Source of the DNA: an uncultured virus (IMG/VR IMGVR_UViG_3300025085_000013)
Lineage: Duplodnaviria > Heunggongvirae > Uroviricota > Caudoviricetes
Reading direction: 5' to 3' (one strand)
Virus record (IMG/VR): IMGVR_UViG_3300025085_000013
Coordinates: 51,718-71,717 of that record
DNA: 20,000 bases
The translations under genes and the position numbers were made by a program. This document shows, piece by piece, positions 9,287 through 16,538 of this stretch. The notes beneath the pieces are model-generated. The model was not told where the DNA came from and made no database searches. It was given only the letters and a program-made list of their open reading frames with translations. Every line of letters begins with the position of its first letter. Position 1 is the stretch's first letter.

Positions 9287-10609
9287 TTAACAATTTCTTC
9301 CATTTTCATATATATGTTTTACTACCGGGAATCTTAATGAATATCCACCATTCTGATTTTGACTTTCTTCAAAATATTGAACAGTTACAGTTTTACCAAT
9401 TAGTTCATTATGATTATTAAGGTAATGTTCTCTTTGTTCTTTAGAGAATCCAGATCCAACACTTACTTTATTACCTTTATGTTCAATTATAATATTACTT
9501 AAACCTTCTTTCTCAACTTGTTTTCCATTTTCTGTCCATCGCATTGTACCGTTTATACATTCTAAAATTGTATATTCAGCATCATGGAATTTTTTAACTT
9601 TTAAAAGATTATGACTTCTTTTACCTTCATAGCCAATATTCTTTCTAACCATGATTCCTTCAAACCCAGCCTCTTCGGCTTCTTTTGCCATTTCAGTAAA
9701 TTGTTCTTCGGTAGTTAATTGTTCTTGTGGTAAGAATTCTAACATAGAAGATTTAATTTCTTCCGGTAAAATATCATAACCATTCTTAAGTCTTTCAGTA
9801 AGAGGAGTAGTTCCAACCTTATCATCAAATTCATCTAAGGTTAAAAAATCAAATACAAAGAATTTAGGATTTTCAATTTGATGATCCTTCTTTCTAATTT
9901 GTTTCATAATTCCTTGGAAGTCTTCATTACCATCTTTATCTACCATACAGATTTCTCCATCTAAAATAAAGTCTCCACCTATTTTAGAAATTTCATTTTC
10001 TAAATTACCTAAGGTAGTAAATTCTTTACCGTTCCTTGAAAAGAATGTTACAGTATTCATTTCTTTTCTACAGATACATCTTACACCATCCAATTTTCTG
10101 GATCCGTACCATTCTCCACTTTGAAAATCTACTCTCTTAGGATTATATGCATTTGCTAAAGCGACTTTAAATGTTGGAATTAAATCTGGGTGGACTGCCT
10201 TATTGATAGAGGTAGTACCACATCCCATATTAAGGTCTCGGTTTAGCATATAGTAAATAATATCTTCCCATTGTTTATTCTCTAGGACGAATCTATTTAC
10301 ATTTGCAATTGCAGTATGACCAGTGCATACCCTATTTCTTAAATCATCCAATAAGGTAAAGATACTACCGTATGTATTTGGGTGACCTAGTAAATCTGAA
10401 TTCTTTTTACAATTCTTAGGAGTTACATTATACTTAAAATAAGGATTGTAGGTATAGAAGAAAACTTTCTGTAAGAATTCTCTATCAGAATTTTCATCAG
10501 AGTTATCAGCATACTTTTTAAGAGTTGCAATTTTATGATTACCTGAAGAGGAAGATCGCATTTCATCCAAGAAGGATTGTAGATAAGTAAGGTTTGTGTA
10601 TTCAGTCAT
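9287..10609 (-). CDS. lig: ATP-dependent DNA ligase
   Basis: KxDG adenylation motif (RKLDGVRC), LDGEI, FDFL, EGIMVR, LLKVK, and C-terminal OB-fold SLRFP. Confidence 0.95.
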   Translation of the reverse strand: MTEYTNLTYLQSFLDEMRSSSSGNHKIATLKKYADNSDENSDREFLQKVFFYTYNPYFKYNVTPKNCKKNSDLLGHPNTYGSIFTLLDDLRNRVCTGHTAIANVNRFVLENKQWEDIIYYMLNRDLNMGCGTTSINKAVHPDLIPTFKVALANAYNPKRVDFQSGEWYGSRKLDGVRCICRKEMNTVTFFSRNGKEFTTLGNLENEISKIGGDFILDGEICMVDKDGNEDFQGIMKQIRKKDHQIENPKFFVFDFLTLDEFDDKVGTTPLTERLKNGYDILPEEIKSSMLEFLPQEQLTTEEQFTEMAKEAEEAGFEGIMVRKNIGYEGKRSHNLLKVKKFHDAEYTILECINGTMRWTENGKQVEKEGLSNIIIEHKGNKVSVGSGFSKEQREHYLNNHNELIGKTVTVQYFEESQNQNGGYSLRFPVVKHIYENGRNC

Positions 10610-10692
10610 ATTCCGTTTATTTAATTATATTATAAATATAATAAAAATAATTGGGAATTGAAAATTTTGAAGCAGTTATTTTCAAAAAGTTA

Positions 10693-10944
10693 TTAACAAT
10701 TTTTCAATTTGTCCTGTATCTCTTTAAGCTTTGCGCATTTTTCAAAATCCTCCCTTTCTTCAAAATGTAGTAAGATTTTGTCTAAACTTTTAACTCTATG
10801 CTTTGCAGTTTTTTCATCATATTGTAAAACCTGGTCTGGAAACATTATAATTGTATTATAACATAAATTCATATATTGATCCCAGCTCTGATTTTCTAAC
10901 TGATCCAATAATGACTTCATAAATTCTTCGTCATTAATATCCAT
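10693..10944 (-). CDS. Small protein with C-terminal UVR (UvrB/UvrC) coiled-coil motif
   Basis: EEREDFEKCAKLKEIQDKL matches the UVR pattern (E-x-F/Y-E-x-A-A-x-L-R-D). Confidence 0.65.
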   Translation of the reverse strand: MDINDEEFMKSLLDQLENQSWDQYMNLCYNTIIMFPDQVLQYDEKTAKHRVKSLDKILLHFEEREDFEKCAKLKEIQDKLKNC

Positions 10945-11752
10945 CTTGTATATCTTTCATTTTTTTAACCAATGCTTCTTGTTCCTCAGATAATTGTTTA
11001 GGTAAATCTACTAGTATATTTACGAAAAAGTCACCTAAGATATTAGGATTATTATAAGCAGGAAATCCTTTACCTTTTATTCTAAGCATAGTACCGTTCT
11101 TAACACACTTAGGAATATTATAACTTATTGTTTTATCAAATACTTTTACTTCTCCCTTACCTCCAAGTAAAGCATCATATAAACTTATATGCTTAATTGT
11201 ATGCAAACCTTTTTGGTCCAAATAAAAATTAGGATCATCTTGTACTAATACAGTTAAAATAAGATCACCGCTTTGGTTTTCGGTCATGCCTCTTTGACCT
11301 AATCCTTTTAATCTCATTCTCTGCCCTGGCTTTACACCGCTTTTAATATCAACACTCACAACTCTTGTACCTACTCTTATTTCCCTACTACATCCAAAAT
11401 AAGCTTCTTCTAAAGTAATGTAAACTTGTGCAGTAATATTACCACCTCTAGTATTAAATCCATATCTTTGGTTAAACATATTAGTAAAACCTGGATCATT
11501 TCCTGTTTTTATAAAGTCTTCAAAGAAACCTTCTTCAAATTTACCGAATGGGTTATTTGCAGCTTGATCATATTGTGATCTCTTTGTAGAATTACTTAAA
11601 GTTTCATATGCATCTGCAATTTCTTTAAACTTTTCTTCATTACCTTTAGACTTATCAGGGTGATATTCTTTGGCTAATTTTCTATAAGCTTTTTTAATAT
11701 CATTAGCAGTGGATGTTTTATCAACACCTAATATTTTGTAAGGGTCTTTCAT
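10934..11752 (-). CDS. DnaJ-class co-chaperone lacking a Zn finger (CbpA-like)
   Basis: J-domain (DPYKILGV, HPD motif in YHPDK), G/F-rich linker and DnaJ_C domain (LRIKGKG, GDLIL). Start revised to the ATG at 11752, an ATGA overlap with the upstream stop. Confidence 0.92.
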   Translation of the reverse strand: MKDPYKILGVDKTSTANDIKKAYRKLAKEYHPDKSKGNEEKFKEIADAYETLSNSTKRSQYDQAANNPFGKFEEGFFEDFIKTGNDPGFTNMFNQRYGFNTRGGNITAQVYITLEEAYFGCSREIRVGTRVVSVDIKSGVKPGQRMRLKGLGQRGMTENQSGDLILTVLVQDDPNFYLDQKGLHTIKHISLYDALLGGKGEVKVFDKTISYNIPKCVKNGTMLRIKGKGFPAYNNPNILGDFFVNILVDLPKQLSEEQEALVKKMKDIQDGY

Positions 11753-12093
11753 TTCCAAAATAACTGTATTCCTATTAAGCTACATGCTAAACACAGTGAC
11801 ACTATTGTTTTTGTGGTAATCCCTTCACCAAGAAAGTACCAAGTTAAAAATGTAAATGAAATAATCCCAGACCCAAAGGCGATAAATCTACCTGGCCATA
11901 ATAAACCATCATAGTATTCTACCATAAACCTGGTACCATAAATTAATATGTAACTAATTGCAGTTCCAAATAAAACTGAAACTGTTAATGGATTCTTTTT
12001 AAACCAAGGCCATACAAATTGACCATTAGTTTGAAACCATATTGCTGCCTGACCAGTAAAGAACAACAAAAATGCTAAAATTAACTTATTCAT
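11749..12093 (-). CDS. Small 4-TM membrane protein, SMR/DMT-like
   Basis: 114 aa with four hydrophobic segments; the FLGEGIT loop before the last helix resembles SMR/EamA proteins. Confidence 0.55.
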   Translation of the reverse strand: MNKLILAFLLFFTGQAAIWFQTNGQFVWPWFKKNPLTVSVLFGTAISYILIYGTRFMVEYYDGLLWPGRFIAFGSGIISFTFLTWYFLGEGITTKTIVSLCLACSLIGIQLFWK

Positions 12094-12355
12094 CTATATA
12101 ATATTTATACCCCATCCTAACCATGTGATCCATGTGGCTTTCCATTTGTTTTGCAGTTATCCACACTGAAGGTTCTGGCTTTACAATACCATCTTCTCTT
12201 TTATCAAAAGCTTTATTTAAAAACCATTTCTCTTTTTTACTTTCCCACCAAAACCATACCTTTTGCCATGATCTAGGTTTTTTCATATAGACTTTATTAC
12301 CTTTATCCATGTGAGCTATGAATTGTTTATAAGTAATATCTTTATCCTTTTTCAT
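12086..12355 (-). CDS. Hypothetical Trp/Lys-rich protein (~89 aa)
   Basis: ORF track; the ATG at 12355 (MKKDKDITY) is more plausible than the longer start buried in the upstream gene. Confidence 0.65.
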   Translation of the reverse strand: MKKDKDITYKQFIAHMDKGNKVYMKKPRSWQKVWFWWESKKEKWFLNKAFDKREDGIVKPEPSVWITAKQMESHMDHMVRMGYKYYIDE

Positions 12356-12527
12356 TAATATCTTTAATTTGAAGTTTTTTGATTTTTTCATCTAACCTAA
12401 ACTTCTTTTCTTCGAGCCTGTTCTTAATTTCCATTTGATCTGCAATTCTTTCTAATACAGATGCTAATTTCGGTATATCCTTTTCTAATAATTTACGACC
12501 CGTACTGGTTCTTAAAAATTCTGACAT
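12342..12527 (-). CDS. Hypothetical small coiled-coil protein (61 aa)
   Basis: ORF track; first gene after the AAAC-N17-TATAAA motif. Confidence 0.7.
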   Translation of the reverse strand: MSEFLRTSTGRKLLEKDIPKLASVLERIADQMEIKNRLEEKKFRLDEKIKKLQIKDINEKG

Positions 12528-12542
12528 AATAAGTTGTTTATT

Positions 12543-12569
12543 TTTATATGTAAAAACGCGAGTTAGTTT
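12543..12569 (-). promoter_or_regulatory. Putative promoter AAAC-N17-TATAAA
   Basis: GTTT at 12566-12569 and TTTATA at 12543-12548 with a 17-nt spacer; heads the leftward DnaJ operon. Confidence 0.55.
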
Positions 12570-12571
12570 TA

Positions 12572-12581
12572 TGAATATATA
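12572..12581 (+). promoter_or_regulatory. Putative late-type promoter TGAATATATA
   Basis: Same 10-mer as at 409-418 and 8187-8196, here on the + strand in front of the only + strand genes. Confidence 0.65.
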
Positions 12582-12598
12582 ATCAAAATAACAATATT

Positions 12599-13102
12599 AT
12601 GAAAAAGGTACCTTTATTTGAAGATTTTATTCCTGTAGGTTTTGCTCCTAGTGATTCTGCATCCTTTTCCTTAGGAGGAACTAATAGAGCAGAAACAGGA
12701 TATGATATGAATGCTATAGTAGGCCCAGTACAAACACTAGGTAATCATGTAGCAGAACAGGCAAATAGCTACGAATCAAACGATAATGCAGAACATACAG
12801 CAGAGGCATATATCAAAGAAGCAAAAGAACATATTAATAATAAAATAGATGAAGCATGCGAAAGTTATTCTGCTATGTCTGAATCTACTCTTAATGAAGG
12901 GACTGATATTAGTTCATGGAATCAGGCTGGTATTAAAGGCTCTGATAATGCTCAGATAACTACCTTTGTTGGACCTAAGGATATTGAAGATTTTGGACTA
13001 GGTAGAAAATGTATGCAAATAAACATTGGTAGAAATTATGTACAATTAAATCCTGCTGATATTGTAGAATTAAAAGATCTACTTAAAAATTATAAAGTAT
13101 AA
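12599..13102 (+). CDS. Acidic hypothetical protein, possible capsid-internal protein
   Basis: ORF track; N-terminal MKKVPLFEDF and internal IDE/LNE motifs. Confidence 0.75.
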   Translation: MKKVPLFEDFIPVGFAPSDSASFSLGGTNRAETGYDMNAIVGPVQTLGNHVAEQANSYESNDNAEHTAEAYIKEAKEHINNKIDEACESYSAMSESTLNEGTDISSWNQAGIKGSDNAQITTFVGPKDIEDFGLGRKCMQINIGRNYVQLNPADIVELKDLLKNYKV

Positions 13103-13347
13103 TGATACCTAAATTTAACAACTATTTAAATGAAGCATCTGATTATGAATTTAAACCTAATGAGGCTGCTACTAGATTAAAGGCTAGGGAAAAAGAAAAT
13201 ATCCAAAGATATAGAGCAGCTCAAGATAGAGGCGATAATTATGCAATTGCTTTATATGAGTTAAAAATAAAAATGGATAAAATTGATCTTGAAGGATTAA
13301 AGGTACAGACCGAAATTCATAAACTCAAAACAAAATTCGGTAAATAA
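13102..13347 (+). CDS. Hypothetical protein (81 aa), possible capsid-internal protein
   Basis: TAATG coupling with the upstream gene; N-terminal MIPKFNNYLNE. Confidence 0.75.
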   Translation: MIPKFNNYLNEASDYEFKPNEAATRLKAREKENIQRYRAAQDRGDNYAIALYELKIKMDKIDLEGLKVQTEIHKLKTKFGK

Positions 13348-13724
13348 TGGAAAACAATCAAGAACGAAAGGATTTGAGTAAGATCCGCCACTATAAAGGA
13401 ACAGTACAAGATTTTAAAAATTATTGGGATGAAATGGCCGGGCAAGATACTAATGCAACAGGTACTCCTGCATACCAAGACTTTGGTGGGGTTCACCCTG
13501 CTCGCGGTGCTGGTGATAGTGAACATTGGAAAACTTCAAATATAGATGAATCTAAAAAATCAGATGCATTAGCAAAAGCAATGGATAAAGCAATGATTAA
13601 GATAGATGATTCAATGTCTTATACAGATTTTGCTTTAGCAATTGGTAAGATCTTAAGAGAAGATTATGGAAAACATACCTTTGATGGTTTTATGAAAGTT
13701 CTTCATAAAGACTTAGGAATATAA
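13347..13724 (+). CDS. Hypothetical protein (125 aa)
   Basis: TAATG coupling with the upstream gene; followed by a terminator. Confidence 0.75.
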   Translation: MENNQERKDLSKIRHYKGTVQDFKNYWDEMAGQDTNATGTPAYQDFGGVHPARGAGDSEHWKTSNIDESKKSDALAKAMDKAMIKIDDSMSYTDFALAIGKILREDYGKHTFDGFMKVLHKDLGI

Positions 13725-13731
13725 TTTAACT

Positions 13732-13760
13732 AAAAAAGACCACTCTATGAGTGGCCTTTT
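13732..13760. terminator. Bidirectional intrinsic terminator
   Basis: AAAAAAGACCACTC-TAT-GAGTGGCCTTTT between convergent genes, with A and T tracts on either side. Confidence 0.8.
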
Positions 13761-13777
13761 AGTCTTATAGCTTTTTA

Positions 13778-14311
13778 TTATCTTAGTTTGATATACTTCT
13801 TTCTATTCTGAATATACATCTGACCGATAGGTGCAGTAAGTAATTCTCTTCCATATACATCATAGATTTTATTATCACCAATCATAGTAGAAGTTAACTC
13901 TTCTATACCAACAGTACCACCCATAGACATTCTCATCCATGCTTGCCCGTCCCATACTTGATTGAAGCAACAGCTCATTGTATCAACATAACCTAATGAA
14001 TCTGTTAAGGTATAACTAATACAAGTTGTGATTGTATCATAAGGCATACCAGTAGACATATTATAATTGTATACTACATGTGTACAAGCATTATTGAAAC
14101 AACTATCTTCACCTAACATATCTTGTCCACCATAAGTGACAGCATATAGCGGAGCCATCATTGGTAAACCATTACCTGTAATTGGTATTGCTATTTCTAA
14201 TTGATACTGTGAACCTGTTGTGTAAGTCATATTTGAATCACATAACGTCTGTGCTTGTAATTGTAGGCCAAGCGAAACCATTATCATCATTAAAATCTTC
14301 TTCATCTTCAT
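13778..14311 (-). CDS. Secreted Cys-containing protein with T9SS (Por) C-terminal sorting domain-like tail
   Basis: Sec signal peptide MKKILMMIMVSLGLQLQA|Q; C-terminus VGIEE...KIYDVYGRE...GQMYIQNRKKYIKLR. Confidence 0.7.
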   Translation of the reverse strand: MKMKKILMMIMVSLGLQLQAQTLCDSNMTYTTGSQYQLEIAIPITGNGLPMMAPLYAVTYGGQDMLGEDSCFNNACTHVVYNYNMSTGMPYDTITTCISYTLTDSLGYVDTMSCCFNQVWDGQAWMRMSMGGTVGIEELTSTMIGDNKIYDVYGRELLTAPIGQMYIQNRKKYIKLR

Positions 14312-14384
14312 TTTTATTTAATTATATAGAGAGCTACATTTTTAGTTTAGGTTCAACTCTCAAGAACCTTACAGCTTCAAGGGA

Positions 14385-14957
14385 TTATTTAAATAATTCA
14401 TCTAAGTTATTTTTCTTAATTACTTGATTTAGCATATTAACATAGTTTTTTGCTTCGGCATAACTTGCACCTAAGTATTCAAAGTATTCTTCTTCGCTAT
14501 CTAACTTACTTAAATACCTACATTGATAAAATGCATAGTCATATACTGATTCTCTCCAATGATTATAGTATGCATGATTTCTTGAAGTACCTTCTGCTGT
14601 TGTAATTCTACGTCTTGCCTGTTTCATACCAAAGAGGTTATTGTTTTCTAAAAAGATATCACTTTTAAAATGACCAGTTTCTAGAATAGATTGTGCCATT
14701 ACTATGTGAGGATAATCAACATTAAGATCTTTCAGCATGGATACTAACTTATCTTGTGAAAAGGTATCAATCTCTGTAATAAAAATTTGAGTTTCTCCTT
14801 CTTGTAAATTTTCAATGAGAACTTCCTTTGCGGTAGTTCTACCAAACGAAAACCCAACTATTAAAACTATTGTTAAAATTCCTAAACAATATAATAACCA
14901 AGTTTTAATACATACTTGGTTATACATTAATTTATCTTTATCATATTTAAAAATCAT
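14385..14957 (-). CDS. GH73 glucosaminidase (peptidoglycan hydrolase) with N-terminal membrane anchor
   Basis: AQSILETG catalytic Glu, NNLFGMK and YAE motifs; hydrophobic segment WLLYCLGILTIVLIVGFSFG. Confidence 0.85.
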   Translation of the reverse strand: MIFKYDKDKLMYNQVCIKTWLLYCLGILTIVLIVGFSFGRTTAKEVLIENLQEGETQIFITEIDTFSQDKLVSMLKDLNVDYPHIVMAQSILETGHFKSDIFLENNNLFGMKQARRRITTAEGTSRNHAYYNHWRESVYDYAFYQCRYLSKLDSEEEYFEYLGASYAEAKNYVNMLNQVIKKNNLDELFK

Positions 14958-14966
14958 ATACTAAAT

Positions 14967-15059
14967 TTAAGTTAAACAAAAAAGCATTAGAGTAAAATAA
15001 CCTAATGCTATAATTAGAAATATATCTATTGATTCTAATTTGGTTAAAAATCCTTTCAT
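14967..15059 (-). CDS. Small membrane peptide (30 aa)
   Basis: Not in the ORF track: MKGFLTKLESIDIFLIIALGYFTLMLFCLT*. It fills the gap between the pspC-like and GH73 genes. Confidence 0.55.
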   Translation of the reverse strand: MKGFLTKLESIDIFLIIALGYFTLMLFCLT

Positions 15060-15060
15060 A

Positions 15061-15276
15061 TTAATTTGATTCATTATGCCATTCATAATCTAAGTCTATT
15101 GAACTTTTTACTGGTTTAGATAAAAATATCCATAGTATGACATACACCCAAAATACTGCTGGTAGTACAAATAAAGAACCGACTCTAAATAAAATAGGTG
15201 GTATACCTGACCAATTACCTAATCCTTCACATACGCCTCCAATATAACCGTTTCCTCTATATAGTTTTTTATTCAT
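15061..15276 (-). CDS. PspC-domain membrane protein
   Basis: KKLYR...IGGVCEGLG...FRV...YVILWI matches the PspC domain pattern. Confidence 0.85.
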   Translation of the reverse strand: MNKKLYRGNGYIGGVCEGLGNWSGIPPILFRVGSLFVLPAVFWVYVILWIFLSKPVKSSIDLDYEWHNESN

Positions 15277-15285
15277 ATTTGTTTT

Positions 15286-15789
15286 TTAAAAATTACCTTC
15301 TGCAACCTGAAAACAATCAAGTCCATTTTCTCGCCACATCTTAACTACCTTATCTCTATCATCAAAGACACAAAGAATATCATTTTTCTTATCTCCTTCA
15401 AATAATGTATCTAACCAGTGCTTCTTTAACTTATCGTCTGGCATCCACTTAAATGGATGACTGGTAGGTCTCATTTTCAATATATCAAAAGGTACATTAT
15501 TTTTATTTAACCATTCTCGTGTAGCATCTTTGGTTGCTTTACTTCGACCTGATAATATTACAATAGTATGACCAGCATCTTTAAGAATTTTTGCTATCAT
15601 AATAACCGAATGATTAGGCTTATCCATTGCAATGTTTTTAGGATTAAAGAATTCATCCCAATTCATCTTACCTTCTATAGTAGATGAAAACTCCCTTCGT
15701 TCTTCAATATCAGCAAGGGTACCATCGAGATCAAAGATAACAGTATTTTGGGTACCGTCCATATCAAATTCACTTATATCTAATTTCAT
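15286..15789 (-). CDS. HAD phosphatase similar to the 3'-phosphatase domain of T4 polynucleotide kinase (PseT)
   Basis: FDLDGTL, SGR, MRP, D-x-x-K and FDDR..VVKMWRENGLDCFQV motifs; no kinase domain. Confidence 0.85.
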   Translation of the reverse strand: MKLDISEFDMDGTQNTVIFDLDGTLADIEERREFSSTIEGKMNWDEFFNPKNIAMDKPNHSVIMIAKILKDAGHTIVILSGRSKATKDATREWLNKNNVPFDILKMRPTSHPFKWMPDDKLKKHWLDTLFEGDKKNDILCVFDDRDKVVKMWRENGLDCFQVAEGNF

Positions 15790-15842
15790 AATTAATTTAT
15801 TTAATTTAAATATAACAAGTTTACATATAAAGTGAAAGATAA

Positions 15843-16043
15843 TTAAGACCTTTTTTGCTCTTGGTCTCTGAGTTTTTGAATGTAGATTGCTTTAAGTTTT
15901 TGCTCTCTTTTCTTAACGGAAGGTTTCGTATATTCCTTCCTTTCTCTAATACTTCTAATTTGCTTAGTTCTCTTTTGTTTCTGTTTATACTTCTTAAGCA
16001 TTTTATCAATAGAGTCTTTACCACTGTTTTTAATTATAATCAT
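15843..16043 (-). CDS. rpsU: Ribosomal protein bS21, Bacteroidota-type (66 aa)
   Basis: MIIIKNSGKDSIDKMLKKYKQK...RKEYTKPSVKKR...KAIYIQ. The true start is the ATG at 16043; the ORF-track extension runs through the tRNA. Confidence 0.9.
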   Translation of the reverse strand: MIIIKNSGKDSIDKMLKKYKQKQKRTKQIRSIRERKEYTKPSVKKREQKLKAIYIQKLRDQEQKRS

Positions 16044-16071
16044 ATAGTATATATTTAGTAGCTTAACAATG

Positions 16072-16144
16072 TTGTGCCTGAAGGGCTCGAACCTCCACTC
16101 TTCTGGACCAAAACCAGACGTGTTGCCAGTTACACCAAGGCACA
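16072..16144 (-). tRNA. tRNA-Gln(UUG)
   Basis: Cloverleaf: acceptor TGTGCCT/AGGCACA, D arm GTGT/ACAC, anticodon arm TCTGG-TTTTGGT-CCAGA, T arm GGAGG-TTCGAGC-CCTTC. U1-A72 pair; CCA not encoded. Confidence 0.95.
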
Positions 16145-16151
16145 ATTAAAA

Positions 16152-16496
16152 TTATTTGTTGTTATTAACGATGACAGAACTGACAGCTGCTTCTATTTTT
16201 GATAAACGAGTATTTAATTTAACTTCAAATTTATCTAGACGAGAATCAATATATTTACTGAATTCTTTAACTTCTCCTCTAATCTCAATATCAAGGTTTT
16301 CAGTTTCATCCTGTACCTGTGTAGCAAGTGTATGTAATTCTTCATTAAGATCATCTGCAATTTCATTAATATGATCAGTAAGATCTCTTTCAACTATTTT
16401 TAAGTCTGAAACTTTGCTCCAAACATTAACAATACCAACGACCCCTAATATAACCAAGACCGTTAATATACCTAAAGTAAAATAAAGTGTTTCCAT
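16152..16496 (-). CDS. Membrane-anchored coiled-coil protein (114 aa)
   Basis: N-terminal TM helix followed by heptad repeats. Confidence 0.75.
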   Translation of the reverse strand: METLYFTLGILTVLVILGVVGIVNVWSKVSDLKIVERDLTDHINEIADDLNEELHTLATQVQDETENLDIEIRGEVKEFSKYIDSRLDKFEVKLNTRLSKIEAAVSSVIVNNNK

Positions 16497-16511
16497 ATTT
16501 GTTTGTTTATT

Positions 16512-16538
16512 ATTATATTGTAAAAAAATGATTTGTTT
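16512..16538 (-). promoter_or_regulatory. Putative promoter AAAC-N17-TATAAT
   Basis: GTTT at 16535-16538 and ATTATA at 16512-16517 with a 17-nt spacer. Confidence 0.65.

Noticed and set aside
14983..15009. Inverted repeat AGCATTAG...CTAATGCT with adjacent A-tract as a terminator
   Set aside because: Weak AT-rich stem with an 11-nt loop, lying inside the likely 30-aa peptide ORF; cannot be supported as a terminator.
16072..16144. Suppressor tRNA or stop-codon recoding
   Set aside because: The anticodon is TTG (ordinary Gln), and the long genes are intact under code 11 with TAA, TGA and TAG all appearing as stops.
16044..16145. N-terminal extension of bS21 in the ORF track
   Set aside because: It is a translation through the tRNA-Gln gene; similarity to bS21 begins at the ATG at 16043.
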